A stretch of 64,000 bases of DNA from an uncultured Tateyamaria sp. (GCF_947503045.1 NZ_CANNCF010000005.1:47085-111084), one strand, 5' to 3'; positions 1-10,489 are shown, counted from the stretch's first letter. A program made the numbers and translations. Notes: generated from the letters alone by a model not told the origin.

Positions 1-13
1 ACGGGCCTCGAAA

Positions 14-943
14 TTGCCGCTCAGCATTGTCCAAACCCGCGAAATCCTGCGCTTTGATGCGACGCCGACCCCCTTCCGCGTAGCCAACGGCCGCCCCGTG
101 CCCGTCCCTGCGGCGCTCGCCTCCTACAACCGCAAGCGTGCGGCGTTCCAGGCCGAGGTCCGCAAACAGATGCGTCTGGCCGACAGGCAAGAAGTCGTCA
201 TCTTTGTGCATGGCTTCAATAACAGCTTTGAGGACGCGGTGTTTTCGCTAGCGGACATCTGGCACTTCAGTGGCCGCAGCGGCGTACCGATTGCCTATTC
301 CTGGCCGGCAGGTGCAGGCGGCTTGTTCGGGTATTTCACGGATCGGGAATCCGGCGAATTCACGGTCTTTCACCTCAAGGAATTCCTGCGGCAGCTCGCC
401 GAAATTCCGGAACTCAGGAAAATCCACATCGTCGCCCACAGCAGGGGCACGGATGTGACAACCACCGCATTGCGAGAAATGATCATTGCGGTCCGTAATC
501 AGGGCAGGAATCCCAAGAAGGTTCTGAAGATCGCAAATCTGATACTGGCGGCCCCTGATCTTGATTTTTCGGTCGTGCGCCAGCGGCTGATCGCTGAAGG
601 GTTCGGCGCCTCCATTGGACAGATCACCGTCTACATGAACCGTGGTGACACCGCCTTGGGGCTGGCGCAGCGCCTAATGTCCGGAGAGAGGTTCGGCAGG
701 CTGAGCGCTGGTGATGTCGGTCTTGAGGAACGTGCGATCTTTGACGAGGTCAAAACGGTGAATTTCGTGAATGTCGAAGGGGTCAGCGGCCTGACCGGAC
801 ACGCCTATTATCGGACCAACCGCAACGTGTTGTCCGACATCGCGGTGCTGATCCGCGAAAGCCCGCCGCCCGGGTCGGCGGCCCGACCACTGGTCCGAAT
901 TCAGGGCAACTTCTGGACCATGCCGGAAAGGTATCCCTTGTGA
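14..943 (+). CDS. Alpha/beta hydrolase, DUF900-like (N-terminus may lie before the window)
   Basis: Motifs VIFVHGFNNSF, YSWP, HIVAHSRGT (nucleophile elbow), ILAAPDLD and a C-terminal GHAYY; the stop overlaps the next start (GTGA). Confidence 0.8.
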   Translation: MPLSIVQTREILRFDATPTPFRVANGRPVPVPAALASYNRKRAAFQAEVRKQMRLADRQEVVIFVHGFNNSFEDAVFSLADIWHFSGRSGVPIAYSWPAGAGGLFGYFTDRESGEFTVFHLKEFLRQLAEIPELRKIHIVAHSRGTDVTTTALREMIIAVRNQGRNPKKVLKIANLILAAPDLDFSVVRQRLIAEGFGASIGQITVYMNRGDTALGLAQRLMSGERFGRLSAGDVGLEERAIFDEVKTVNFVNVEGVSGLTGHAYYRTNRNVLSDIAVLIRESPPPGSAARPLVRIQGNFWTMPERYPL

Positions 944-1605
944 GAAACCAGCATGTTTCGACCAGCCAGAGGCGTTTGATCATCGCCACCGGACTGGCCG
1001 GCTTATTCGCCTCGATCCTTGTCGGAGTTGGCGAGTTTCTCCTGCACTACGACCCGCAGGCCCGTTACGCCGAGGGTTTTGCCTTTTTCGAAGGGGTGAC
1101 CCGCGACCGCGCCACAATTGGTCATTTCATCGGCGTGTTCGGTGCGCCACTTTACGTGGTGGGGGCCTGCCACATCTACCTGATGCTGCGGCCTGCCGGT
1201 GAAACCGCGGCCCGGATCGCCGGGGTGGTGATGGCCTATGGCTGCATCATCGGCGCGGTCTGGATTGGCTCGCGCGCCACAGCGGTCGAGTTGGTCGCAA
1301 CTGGAAGCCCGGCGGATCAACTGGCCCTGTACGAATTGCGCTATGAAAACCTGCTGCAGGTCGTGCGGGTCGCCGTGCTGGTGCTCTCGGCGCTCTTCGT
1401 CTGGCTCTGCCTTACCGGGCGGACACACTACCCGCGCTGGCTGGCGCTGCTCAATCCGATCTTTCTGATCATCCTTGCCTTCGCGATCTTCTTCACCGCC
1501 CCTGCGGTCGGGAAGTTCATCATGCCGATTGCGCTGAACGTCGCCTATTTTGCCTTGTTCGCGGCATCGCTCATCTACGCATTGAAACTGAACGAAAAGA
1601 GCTGA
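940..1605 (+). CDS. Multi-pass membrane protein of unknown function (DUF6796-like)
   Basis: 221 aa with about 6 hydrophobic segments; translationally coupled to the neighbouring genes. Confidence 0.65.
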   Translation: MRNQHVSTSQRRLIIATGLAGLFASILVGVGEFLLHYDPQARYAEGFAFFEGVTRDRATIGHFIGVFGAPLYVVGACHIYLMLRPAGETAARIAGVVMAYGCIIGAVWIGSRATAVELVATGSPADQLALYELRYENLLQVVRVAVLVLSALFVWLCLTGRTHYPRWLALLNPIFLIILAFAIFFTAPAVGKFIMPIALNVAYFALFAASLIYALKLNEKS

Positions 1606-1608
1606 AAC

Positions 1609-3234
1609 GTGCTTGGTAAATTGAAATACATCCCCCGCGTCATGATGGCCCTGATCCTGATGATGATGATCGCCATGGCTGCCTATACGATAAACGACAG
1701 GCGCGTGGATTATGACGTTGATCTGGGCGACACAGTGGTGCCCGAATTCACACAGGTCGAGGTGCCGTTCGACCAACAACACGCGGATGCAACATCGCTG
1801 CCCATTACCGGGAGCGCGGCAATCGACATCGATGGAGATGGCACCGAAGAGCTGTTCATTGGCGGCGGCTATCAACAGGAAAACGGCGTTTTCAAATTCG
1901 AGAATGGAAGTTTCGCAGAGGTCCCGGATCAGGCGGGTCTGTCCAAACAGGCGGACGGCACGGCGCTTGGCGCACTCGTGATTGATCACAACAAAGACAG
2001 TCAACCCGACATGTTGGTCACTCATCCCGAGGGCATCTGGCTCTACACCAATACCGGCGGGACTTTCACCGCACAGAAACTAGATGCCGAGATGAACGAC
2101 AAGACCACAGGTTTGTCGATAGCTGTTGCGGATGTGAATGGTGATGGCCACTTCGACATGTATATCTCTGGCTACATCCGGAACGAATTGATCGAAGGTC
2201 TGAACATATTCAATAAAGAGGGCTATGGCGGCACGTCGGAGCTGTTCATCAACAACGGCGACAACAGCTTTTCCAACGAAACCAAAGCGCGCGGATTGCA
2301 ATATCTGCACAACACCTTTCAGGCCGCTTTCGGTGATTTTGAAGGGGACGGTGATCTGGATCTGATCGTGGCCCATGACACGGGCCATGTCCGCACCTAC
2401 CTCAATGACGGCACAGGCAATTTCACGAACGTGGCCAATCCGAATTCGGATCTGCCATCCTACCCGATGGGCATTGGCATTGCCGACCTCAACAACGACG
2501 GGTTGACCGACTACAGCTTTTCAAACATCGGATCGACACCGCCGACCTTTATGGTGCGCGGCGATTTGCGCGAGGACCAGCCGTTGCATCGCAAGTGGAT
2601 TGCTTTCGTGGCAGATGGCAAGGGCGGGTTCACCGATCAAGCCGAGGCCTTGAAGATCGCGGATTACGAATTCGCGTGGGGAATGAGCCACGAAGACCTC
2701 AATCTCGATGGGCGCGAGGACCTGATTGTATCGCAGAACTTCGTCTCTGCCCCTTTCCACAAGATCGGCTGGCTGCGCCTGCCCGGGCGCATGTTGGTCC
2801 AGACCGCCTCTGGTGAAATGGCCGAAATAGGAGCGATGAACGGGGTCGTGAACCGACAATACTCCATTTCGCCGCTGACCGCCGATTTCAACGGCGACGG
2901 ACGCCCCGACGTGGTGCATATCAACATCGCGGGCAAATCGCAGGCATTTCTCAGCCAGGGCGACACGGCCAATGGCTATCTGAAGATAGTGTTGCCGCAA
3001 GACGTTGACAGCATTGGTGCAATGGTGGAGATCACGCTGGAGGACGGCACAGTTTTGCACAAACCCTATGTCTCAGGCGAAGGGCTGGCCTCTGACAGCA
3101 GCCGGGTGATCATCGCAGGACTGGGCCAGCAACAAGCCACATCCGTGGTGGTGCGTTATCTCGGAGGTGCAACCGAAACACAGCGCGGCAGCTTCCGGGA
3201 TGAAACCCTAGCCTTTGAAAATCCGGGCCTGTGA
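1609..3234 (+). CDS. CRTAC1-like FG-GAP/VCBS repeat protein with C-terminal ASPIC/UnbV-like domain, N-terminal anchor
   Basis: Repeated DxDGDG-type Ca-binding motifs (DIDGDGTEEL, DVNGDGHFDMY, DFEGDGDLDL, DLNNDGLTD, DLNLDGREDL, DFNGDGRPD); C-terminal IGAMVEI...SGEGLASDS...GLG. Confidence 0.85.
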   Translation: MLGKLKYIPRVMMALILMMMIAMAAYTINDRRVDYDVDLGDTVVPEFTQVEVPFDQQHADATSLPITGSAAIDIDGDGTEELFIGGGYQQENGVFKFENGSFAEVPDQAGLSKQADGTALGALVIDHNKDSQPDMLVTHPEGIWLYTNTGGTFTAQKLDAEMNDKTTGLSIAVADVNGDGHFDMYISGYIRNELIEGLNIFNKEGYGGTSELFINNGDNSFSNETKARGLQYLHNTFQAAFGDFEGDGDLDLIVAHDTGHVRTYLNDGTGNFTNVANPNSDLPSYPMGIGIADLNNDGLTDYSFSNIGSTPPTFMVRGDLREDQPLHRKWIAFVADGKGGFTDQAEALKIADYEFAWGMSHEDLNLDGREDLIVSQNFVSAPFHKIGWLRLPGRMLVQTASGEMAEIGAMNGVVNRQYSISPLTADFNGDGRPDVVHINIAGKSQAFLSQGDTANGYLKIVLPQDVDSIGAMVEITLEDGTVLHKPYVSGEGLASDSSRVIIAGLGQQQATSVVVRYLGGATETQRGSFRDETLAFENPGL

Positions 3235-3647
3235 TCTGGATCAGCCGCCTGTTGCGCGCAGCTGTACTGCTTGCCTGCCTCGTGGTGCTGGGCAGGATTG
3301 TCCCGATTTCGCTGACGCAGATACAAACCGGGAATGCCTGCCCGATGCTGGGACCGATACCGGCCTGCCATGTGGTCTCCATATCCTATGCGGCGATGGG
3401 CGCGGCGGTCAGTATCGGGTGGCGGGGCCTCAAATGGCTCTTCTTTGTCGGGGCGGCACCGGTCGTCGGCCTGGCGCTGGCAGGCACCAGTCTTGAACTG
3501 GCTGGCATACCCACCTGTCCGCGTTCCGAAACCGGCCGACCGCTGTGCTATTCGTCACTGATGATCGGGCTTGGCCTGCTTGCGGGATTCAGTCTTTCCA
3601 TCTGGATAGACAGAAAAGCCAGCATATTCCCGCCTGACAAGATATAG
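3231..3647 (+). CDS. Small 4-TM membrane protein with two Cys pairs
   Basis: 138 aa, four hydrophobic stretches, CPMLGPIPAC and CPRSETGRPLC; GTGA overlap with the upstream stop. Confidence 0.65.
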   Translation: MIWISRLLRAAVLLACLVVLGRIVPISLTQIQTGNACPMLGPIPACHVVSISYAAMGAAVSIGWRGLKWLFFVGAAPVVGLALAGTSLELAGIPTCPRSETGRPLCYSSLMIGLGLLAGFSLSIWIDRKASIFPPDKI

Positions 3648-3721
3648 TTCTGCCACGACATTCAACCACCGGCCACGGTCTTCCCAATGTTCGATTGAAG
3701 GGCCTCTAGGACGCGTACGCT

Positions 3722-4651
3722 CTAAGTTTTCCGGCCCGAAATCACGATCACCGCAACAATAATAGCGCCTGTGAAGATCAGGCGGAAGCCAGCGGACAAA
3801 CCGAAGGTGTTGAGCATCGACACCAGCAGGAACATGAACAGTGACGCGCCCCAAAGACCGGTCAGGTTGGCAAAACCGCCAGCCACGGATGTTCCACCGA
3901 TGACGACGACGGCGATGGACATCAGAAGGTATTGCTCGCCCATGTTCAGCGCCGCGCCACCGGAGAAACCTGCAAGGAAGAACCCGCAAATTGCGGCCAG
4001 CACGGCGCACATGACATAGGTGACAAAGCGCACACGCTCGACCCGGACTCCGGCCAGTTTCGCGGCTTTTTGGTTTTGCCCGATCGACAAGACCGACAGG
4101 CCGAACCGGGTGCGGTGCAACAGGAATGCCATCGCGACCGTCAAAACCAGTGCGGCGAGTGTCAGGAAGGGCACCCCGAACACCTTTGCAACCGCGAAGT
4201 CGCCCAAAAGCTCAGGCGGTTTGACGCGCAATCCCCGGTTCGACCAGATGGCTGTTGATTGATAAAGAAACGACGCTGACAGCGTGGCGATGATCGGTGG
4301 AATACGCAAAAACAGGATGAGCAGGAAGTTCAGCGTGCCAATCACCAGACCAACGCCCAAGGAGATCAGCAGCCCTGGCAGCAAAAGAGACGGATCCCCG
4401 TTCATGAACTTCATGGCCAGAGTCGCGGACAGCGTCATGCAGGCGGGAATGGACAAATCAACATTGCCCGGCCCCAAGGTTATCACGAACATCTGTCCGA
4501 TGGCGACGATGACAAAAAAGGTTCCGAAGGAGGCAGCAGCAGACATCACTTCGGCTCCTGCACCGATGTCTGTGACGATGGTGATGATCAACCACATGGA
4601 AACAGCGCCAATCCACGCCCAGATCCACGGCTTTTGTATCAGCGCGGTCAT
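3722..4651 (-). CDS. Sugar ABC transporter permease (RbsC/BPD_transp_2 family)
   Basis: GNVDLSI, PPIIATL, IGQNQKAAKLAGV and IAVVVIGGTSVAGG motifs; start moved to MTALIQ (ATGA overlap with the upstream gene). Confidence 0.9.
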   Translation of the reverse strand: MTALIQKPWIWAWIGAVSMWLIITIVTDIGAGAEVMSAAASFGTFFVIVAIGQMFVITLGPGNVDLSIPACMTLSATLAMKFMNGDPSLLLPGLLISLGVGLVIGTLNFLLILFLRIPPIIATLSASFLYQSTAIWSNRGLRVKPPELLGDFAVAKVFGVPFLTLAALVLTVAMAFLLHRTRFGLSVLSIGQNQKAAKLAGVRVERVRFVTYVMCAVLAAICGFFLAGFSGGAALNMGEQYLLMSIAVVVIGGTSVAGGFANLTGLWGASLFMFLLVSMLNTFGLSAGFRLIFTGAIIVAVIVISGRKT

Positions 4652-5586
4652 GACCGGTTCTCTCTTGCGCTGATCAGCAGCCTTAGCGCCAACACCAAAA
4701 TCAGGATCGCGCCTTGCGCCCCGATTTGCCAATCCGGGTTGAGTCGCAGGAAGCTTAGGAAAGAACCCGCCAATGCAAGGGTGATCGCGCCGATGACCGC
4801 TCCGATAGGAGAGACGCGGCCACCGACAAATTCGCCGCCGCCCAAGATGCCACCGGCGATCGAAAGGAGTGTGTAGCGCAGCGCAATGTTGGCATCTGCC
4901 GAGGTCGTGAGCCCGACAAGCGCCATGCCAGAGAGCACGCCGAACAGACCAGCGAGGGAGAACATTGTCACTTTCACCCGCAACAGCGACCATCCTGCAC
5001 GTTCAACGGATTTCGGATTGCCGCCCGCACCGCGCAGCACCGCCCCTGTGGCCGAGCGCATCAGGCCGATATGCACCACAAGCGCAATGACGACCGAGGC
5101 GATGATCGGGAACGGGACAAAGGCGGGTTTCAGCGTCATCAACGTTCTGATCCAGTCGGGTGCCGACCCGCCCGGTGTCGGCAGGATCAAGACGGCAATG
5201 CCGGTCCAGACAAAAGACATGCCCAGAGTCACCACAATGGACGGCAGGTTCCGCAGGTGGATCAGTGCGCCCATCACGCCATAGGCCGCAATGCAGGCCA
5301 ACAGTGCGAGGATGCCCAGAAAGGGTGTGTCGAACAGCCAAGTTGCCGTGATACAGGCGGTCAGCGAGATAAAGGCGCCCAGCGACAGATCAAGATCGTT
5401 CACGCATAGAATGAACATCTGCGCGATTGTGGCCAGCGCAATGGGAACGGCCAGATTGAGCAGAAGGTTCAGGCCGAAATAGCTCATCGTGCGCGGTTGA
5501 AGATAAAAGATTGCGCCAAGCAGGGCTGCCAGGGAGAGAACCGGCAAAAGCGTACGTAGGGCATTGGGGGTTAGAAAACGTTGCAC
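4648..5586 (-). CDS. Sugar ABC transporter permease (RbsC family)
   Basis: DLDLSLG, LPSIVVTLG, GGNPKSVERAG, IAGGILGGGEFVGG; the GTG start is approximate. Confidence 0.88.
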   Translation of the reverse strand: MQRFLTPNALRTLLPVLSLAALLGAIFYLQPRTMSYFGLNLLLNLAVPIALATIAQMFILCVNDLDLSLGAFISLTACITATWLFDTPFLGILALLACIAAYGVMGALIHLRNLPSIVVTLGMSFVWTGIAVLILPTPGGSAPDWIRTLMTLKPAFVPFPIIASVVIALVVHIGLMRSATGAVLRGAGGNPKSVERAGWSLLRVKVTMFSLAGLFGVLSGMALVGLTTSADANIALRYTLLSIAGGILGGGEFVGGRVSPIGAVIGAITLALAGSFLSFLRLNPDWQIGAQGAILILVLALRLLISARENRS

Positions 5587-5587
5587 C

Positions 5588-7030
5588 TTATGCGTCTTCT
5601 TTATCAAAGGAATTGCTCAGGATGTTCGCCTCGGTCAGATCATCGCCCGAGAGTTCAGCCATGATTTTTCCTTCGCGGAATACATACACGCGGTCGCAGT
5701 GTTTCAGCTCGTCAGTTTCGGTTGTGTACCAAACCAAGGCGCGCCCTTTTTCAGCCTCTTGCGACAGGATTTCATAGACATCTTGCTTGGTTCCCACATC
5801 CACACCGCGCATCGGGTCGTCCATCAGGATGATCGGGGCCTTGGCGCCAAGTGCACGGGCGAAAAGTGCCTTTTGCTGGTTGCCGCCAGAGAGTGACAGG
5901 ATGTTGTTTTTCATATCCGGCGTGCGGATCGACAGCGTTTTTTGCCACTGCTGGGCTTCATCTTCGGCTTGCGCGAAGTTGATGGCGAGCCCTTTGGTCA
6001 GGCGTTCCAGAGAGCTGACGAAGATGTTTTGCGAGATTGACCAAAGCGGGAAGACGCCGTCGGTCTGTCTGTCGCCCGCGACGAAAACCGCAGGTTCGCT
6101 CACACTTAGCGTGTTGCGTGCGCCTTGGGATGCCTCAAAAATGCGTACCAGCGTGTCGGTTTGACCGTGCCCGCTGAGGCCTGCGAACCCGATGATTTCG
6201 CCAGGATAGACCGTGAGCTCTCCTCCGGAAATCACCGCTGGCGCATTTTGTTTTGTTGAGGCGCGGCCGCCGAATTTGCTGGTTTCAGTCAGTACATCGC
6301 CCATGTCGCGCACCAGCCTGTCGCGATCAAAATTGCTTGCCGCGTCAACCGCGACAGTACGTCCATCTTTCATCACGACGATCTGGTCAGAGGCTTCGAG
6401 AATTTCGCCCAGCAGATGCGAGATCAAAATGACGCTGCCACCATCCGCCACGAAACTGCGCACAAAGGCCACCAGTTGCGCGGCTGTGTTCTGATCAAGC
6501 GAGGACGTCGGCTCGTCAAGAATGACAAGTTCAATACTGCTTTCAACTTTGGAAAAGGCCCGGGCGATTTCGACGATTTGACGCTGCGCAATCGACAGGC
6601 TGCCCACTTCGGCATCGGCCGAAATTCCATGGCCGGGAAACATCTGGTCAAGCTGATCTGCGATGACATTGCGTGCGGATTTGCGCCAGCCAAAACCTTT
6701 GATCGACGGGTGAGAAATGCGCAGGTTTTCTGCCACTGTCAGGTTCGGACACAGTGAGAGTTCCTGAAAGACGGTGCGCACGCCAAGGCTTGCCGCGCGC
6801 GCTGTGTCATAGCTGGCGTCCAAGGGTTCGCCGCCGATTGAGACATGCCCTGCGTCGGCTTTGATCACGCCCGAAAGCACGTTCATCAAGGTAGATTTGC
6901 CTGCACCATTGTGGCCAACCAGACCAACACAGGCCCCGCGCGCCACTTCCAGATCAACACCTGTCAAAGCGCGAGCGGCGCCGAAACTTTTTTCGACGCC
7001 GCTCATCGAAACCAAGGCTTTGTCCCGCAT
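5588..7030 (-). CDS. Sugar ABC transporter ATP-binding protein (two NBDs)
   Basis: Walker [24 protein letters not shown], and a second-half LSGGNQQK / [11 protein letters not shown]. Confidence 0.92.
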   Translation of the reverse strand: MRDKALVSMSGVEKSFGAARALTGVDLEVARGACVGLVGHNGAGKSTLMNVLSGVIKADAGHVSIGGEPLDASYDTARAASLGVRTVFQELSLCPNLTVAENLRISHPSIKGFGWRKSARNVIADQLDQMFPGHGISADAEVGSLSIAQRQIVEIARAFSKVESSIELVILDEPTSSLDQNTAAQLVAFVRSFVADGGSVILISHLLGEILEASDQIVVMKDGRTVAVDAASNFDRDRLVRDMGDVLTETSKFGGRASTKQNAPAVISGGELTVYPGEIIGFAGLSGHGQTDTLVRIFEASQGARNTLSVSEPAVFVAGDRQTDGVFPLWSISQNIFVSSLERLTKGLAINFAQAEDEAQQWQKTLSIRTPDMKNNILSLSGGNQQKALFARALGAKAPIILMDDPMRGVDVGTKQDVYEILSQEAEKGRALVWYTTETDELKHCDRVYVFREGKIMAELSGDDLTEANILSNSFDKEDA

Positions 7031-7078
7031 GTTGTTCTCAATTCACTAAGTTCATGCGGTTCAAAAGCCCAGGGAGGA

Positions 7079-8089
7079 TCAGTTACCCGAGATAACCGCT
7101 TTCGCGTCATCCAGAGAGTACTCGACATTTGCGACACCACCAGCCTGCGTGTTGGACAGACTGACCTCAAGTGTATCTTGTGTGATGGTCAGAAATGGCA
7201 CCGACAAGTCTTGTGGCACTTCTTTGCCGTCAAGCACTTGCTGAGCCACCCAGAACGCAAGGGTCGACACACCGGGCGCAATCGAGACTGACATTGTCTC
7301 ATAGCCGTTTGCGTCTTTTTGCTCTTTCCACCAGGTCAGCTCGTCATGGCGGTTGCCCATCACGATGATCGGTGTTGGACGACCCGCTGCCTTAAAGGCC
7401 TGTGCTGCGCCATATCCGTCACCGCCTTGGGTAACCACGGCCTTGATCTCGGGCAGGCTTGGCAAGATGCCAGCCACAGCTTTTTGAGCTACGTCTTGCG
7501 CCCAATCGCCATGCACGGAGCCTTGGATTTTGAATTGCGCGTTTTCGGCGACACCTTCATGAATGCCTGCGGAAATCTCGTCATCGACGAACACGCCAGC
7601 AAGACCTCGAATTTCCAGAAGATCGCCGCCGTCGATGCGGCCTGCAAGATATTCGACCTGTACTTTGCCCATGTTTTTGAAATCAACTGCAATCCGGTAG
7701 GCGCACGGCTCTGTCACGATGCCGTCAAAGGAAACGACAACGACGCCAGCGTCGCACGCCTCTTTTACAGCGCCGTTCAACCCTTCGGGAGACGCGGCGT
7801 TGATGACGATGGCATCATAGCCTTGTAGTATCAGGTTTTGGATTTGTGCGGCTTGTTCGGTCACCTGGTTTTCAGCTGTGGTGAATGCGTCCGCGGCTGC
7901 GACGGTGCCATCTGAAACGGCTGAACCTCCGACTTTTTCCCAGCTTGTCAGCATCGCCTGACGCCACGAATTGCCCGCATAATTGTTGGACAATGCGATG
8001 CGCTTGTCTGACGTGTCGGCGATGGCAGATGTGCTCATCAAACCAGCAGCGACCGTCAGGCAAATTGTACCCAGTGTTGAAGCTTTCAT
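7079..8089 (-). CDS. Sugar ABC transporter periplasmic binding protein (RbsB-like)
   Basis: Signal peptide MKASTLG...AIA, then IALSNNYAGNSWR, YDAIVINAAS, VVSFD; RBS ggaggaagaa. Confidence 0.9.
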   Translation of the reverse strand: MKASTLGTICLTVAAGLMSTSAIADTSDKRIALSNNYAGNSWRQAMLTSWEKVGGSAVSDGTVAAADAFTTAENQVTEQAAQIQNLILQGYDAIVINAASPEGLNGAVKEACDAGVVVVSFDGIVTEPCAYRIAVDFKNMGKVQVEYLAGRIDGGDLLEIRGLAGVFVDDEISAGIHEGVAENAQFKIQGSVHGDWAQDVAQKAVAGILPSLPEIKAVVTQGGDGYGAAQAFKAAGRPTPIIVMGNRHDELTWWKEQKDANGYETMSVSIAPGVSTLAFWVAQQVLDGKEVPQDLSVPFLTITQDTLEVSLSNTQAGGVANVEYSLDDAKAVISGN

Positions 8090-8228
8090 TTCTTCCTCCC
8101 AATTCAAGTCAGTTTTGGTTGAACGGCTGATTTTCTTGTGAACCACCCTTTCTTGTTCTTATTATGCGTCAGTTTATGGCTGCGTTGTCGTTGCGGAACC
8201 TGCCTTAGCGACGCTAGGGCTGCGTGTC

Positions 8229-8990
8229 TTAACAGCGCTTCATGCGGGTTCCCGCATCTGTTTGGCCTTCTGCATTATGCTGCTGATCCAGCCACGTGCG
8301 CATTTCGGCATCCGCCACGGACATGCCTTCGAGGTTCAACAGGCCGCGCGACAATGCGATGGCCACAGCGCGCGTGCGCGAGTTGAACGGATTGGTTTGC
8401 GCGTTTCCCGGATCGATGCCCAGTTTTTCATAGAGCTGCTTCAGGCGGCTTTGGACTGACCGGGTCGATATAGAGCGGCGCATGGCGATGGATTTGTCGG
8501 TCATGCCAAGGGCGATATCGATGAGCACTTCGAACTCGGTGTTTGAAAGACCTTCGTGAAGATCTTCGCTGCGCTGCTGCACGCCTCTGATCTCGCGGTC
8601 GATGATGCATTGGTCTTCCTCAAACACGCCGCGCACGGCCAGTTCAAGCCGGTGCTCTGATGCGGTCTTGAGCAGGTAGCCGTAGACCGCCTCCTTGGGT
8701 ACGATCTTGGAGATGCCGCGCACATACGCTTCGTCAGAATAGTTCGACCAGAAAAGAATGCGCATATCTGGGCGTTTCGACCAGATTGACGAGGCTGCTG
8801 CGATGCCGCTGACATTGGGCATCTGCAGATCCATCACCACCCCGTCGATCTCGTGTTCCAGCGCCAGCGAGATCGCCTCACTACCGTCGCGTGCCTCGTG
8901 CAGTGTATCGCAATTGGGCAAAGCGCTGCGCACTGTGCTTGACAGAAATGATCGATGAAAAGGGTCATCCTCGGCAATCAGAATATTCAC
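8229..8990 (-). CDS. NarL/LuxR-type response regulator
   Basis: Receiver ILIAEDD...VMDLQMP; C-terminal HTH LSNTEFEVL...GMTDKSIA...TRSV. Confidence 0.9.
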   Translation of the reverse strand: MNILIAEDDPFHRSFLSSTVRSALPNCDTLHEARDGSEAISLALEHEIDGVVMDLQMPNVSGIAAASSIWSKRPDMRILFWSNYSDEAYVRGISKIVPKEAVYGYLLKTASEHRLELAVRGVFEEDQCIIDREIRGVQQRSEDLHEGLSNTEFEVLIDIALGMTDKSIAMRRSISTRSVQSRLKQLYEKLGIDPGNAQTNPFNSRTRAVAIALSRGLLNLEGMSVADAEMRTWLDQQHNAEGQTDAGTRMKRC

Positions 8991-10304
8991 TTAAACGTCC
9001 TCAGTATGAAGCTGTGCACCAAAAGCAGTCTCCAAGCCTTGGAAAGTAGGCCCTTCATCCGCATCAGGCTCGCCTTGTTCTTCAAGCTCGGCCAATGGGA
9101 CAGTCAGGATGGTCTTGCTGCCTGTGCCGCATGGGTTCCGCACAAAGGCCACCGTCGCCCCGATCAAATCCGCACGCACTTTGATGTTGTTCACGCCACG
9201 CGGCGAACGACGCCACCCTTCGGCGGGTTCGACCCCATCGTTGGACACCTCGACCCGGATTGCGTCGTTTTCTTGTGACAACGCCACGCTGATCGCCCCG
9301 CACCCCGAATGCTTGACGGCGTTGGTTACCGCCTCTTGCACGATGCGGAACACGGCCAGACGAATTCGATATGCACCACGATCCATTGCGTTGTTTGTGC
9401 TGTCCGTGATCGAAGTGGCAATCTGGCGATCAAGCCCTTGGGTCGACCGGATGAGCTGAGCCTCGATGGCTTGGGTCAGTCCAAAAAGATCAAGAACACC
9501 GGGCTTGGCGTTTTCGATGATGCCGCGCAATTCGGCCATGCTGCGCGAAATTGTATCAGACACATGACGCAGCTCGCGTCCTTCCGGTTGTGGGACCTCG
9601 GCGAGCCGCTCCACCCTTCGATAAATCGCCGACAGATCTGCCAATGTCTGATCATGAAGTTCCATCCCCAAACGCTGGCGTTCAGCCTCCATCGCTTCGG
9701 TCAGTTTCTGCGCGCCCAGCCGCAGGGATTGTTCCCGACCGCGTGCGGCGCCTTCTGCCAAAGCCGACACGCGCGCCTGTTCACCCATCGACAGGGCGTA
9801 AATGTAGGGCGAGATCAGATCAGCAATATTGCGCGCCACTTCGACGTCGTTCTCGCTATATGCGTTTTTCTTGTGCGACGAGATGTTGAGCGCGCCCAAA
9901 ACCTCGCTATGCACGTTCAGCGCCACATGAATTCGGCTGTGAAGGTTGGCTGCAAAAATCGGTTCATCGAACGAGCCTTCGAAGTGAAACCTGGGGTCTT
10001 CCCATGCATCGCTCGTCGTCAGGAGATCCACCTCACCTGACAGCATTTGGCGGATCGGTGAAAACTTGTTTTCCTGATGTTTTCCATCTCGTCCCCAAAA
10101 GGTTTTCACACCGGTTTCGATGGCGACGTGCATGGATTTGTCGCTTGGCAATATAACAGCGACGTCCATGTGATCGTAATCGAGCAGCGTGGATTTCACC
10201 GCGCCCGCGATCCGATTCAACACGTTTTGAAAATCGAGTTCTCCGCCGATGGCACGCGAAATCGCCAGATAGTGCTCCAGTTTGATGGCGTCACGATCAC
10301 TCAT
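8991..10304 (-). CDS. Soluble GAF-domain histidine kinase (HisKA_3 type)
   Basis: GAF-like N-terminus (LGALNISSHKKNAYS), H-box ERQRLGMELHDQ, FRIVQEAVTNAVKHS, GVNNIKVRA; no TM segment; start at MSDRDA after RBS ggagg. Confidence 0.88.
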   Translation of the reverse strand: MSDRDAIKLEHYLAISRAIGGELDFQNVLNRIAGAVKSTLLDYDHMDVAVILPSDKSMHVAIETGVKTFWGRDGKHQENKFSPIRQMLSGEVDLLTTSDAWEDPRFHFEGSFDEPIFAANLHSRIHVALNVHSEVLGALNISSHKKNAYSENDVEVARNIADLISPYIYALSMGEQARVSALAEGAARGREQSLRLGAQKLTEAMEAERQRLGMELHDQTLADLSAIYRRVERLAEVPQPEGRELRHVSDTISRSMAELRGIIENAKPGVLDLFGLTQAIEAQLIRSTQGLDRQIATSITDSTNNAMDRGAYRIRLAVFRIVQEAVTNAVKHSGCGAISVALSQENDAIRVEVSNDGVEPAEGWRRSPRGVNNIKVRADLIGATVAFVRNPCGTGSKTILTVPLAELEEQGEPDADEGPTFQGLETAFGAQLHTEDV

Positions 10305-10489
10305 CAAGACTCCTCCGCCAGCAACGCTAGGCCATCGCAGGTCGTCCGCCAAGCTTCTCTTTGGAATGCAGGCTGCACCTTCCAGCACAATGACGTGCGG
10401 AAACCCGCAAGAGCCGCTGCGCCGAACCGCGACAGGATCTGCTCGATCCACCCGCCGCACGTAGTCGCCAGCGTCCCGAAGCTTGTCGC

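Noticed and set aside
8164-8225. GGCTGCGT repeated 40 bp apart upstream of the SBP gene as a regulator site
   Set aside because: Short and GC-rich, so easily explained by chance; no second promoter to confirm it.
8991-10460. 489-aa version of the GAF kinase, and other 5'-extended ORF-track starts
   Set aside because: RBS positions and stop/start overlaps support the shorter starts used in the feature list.
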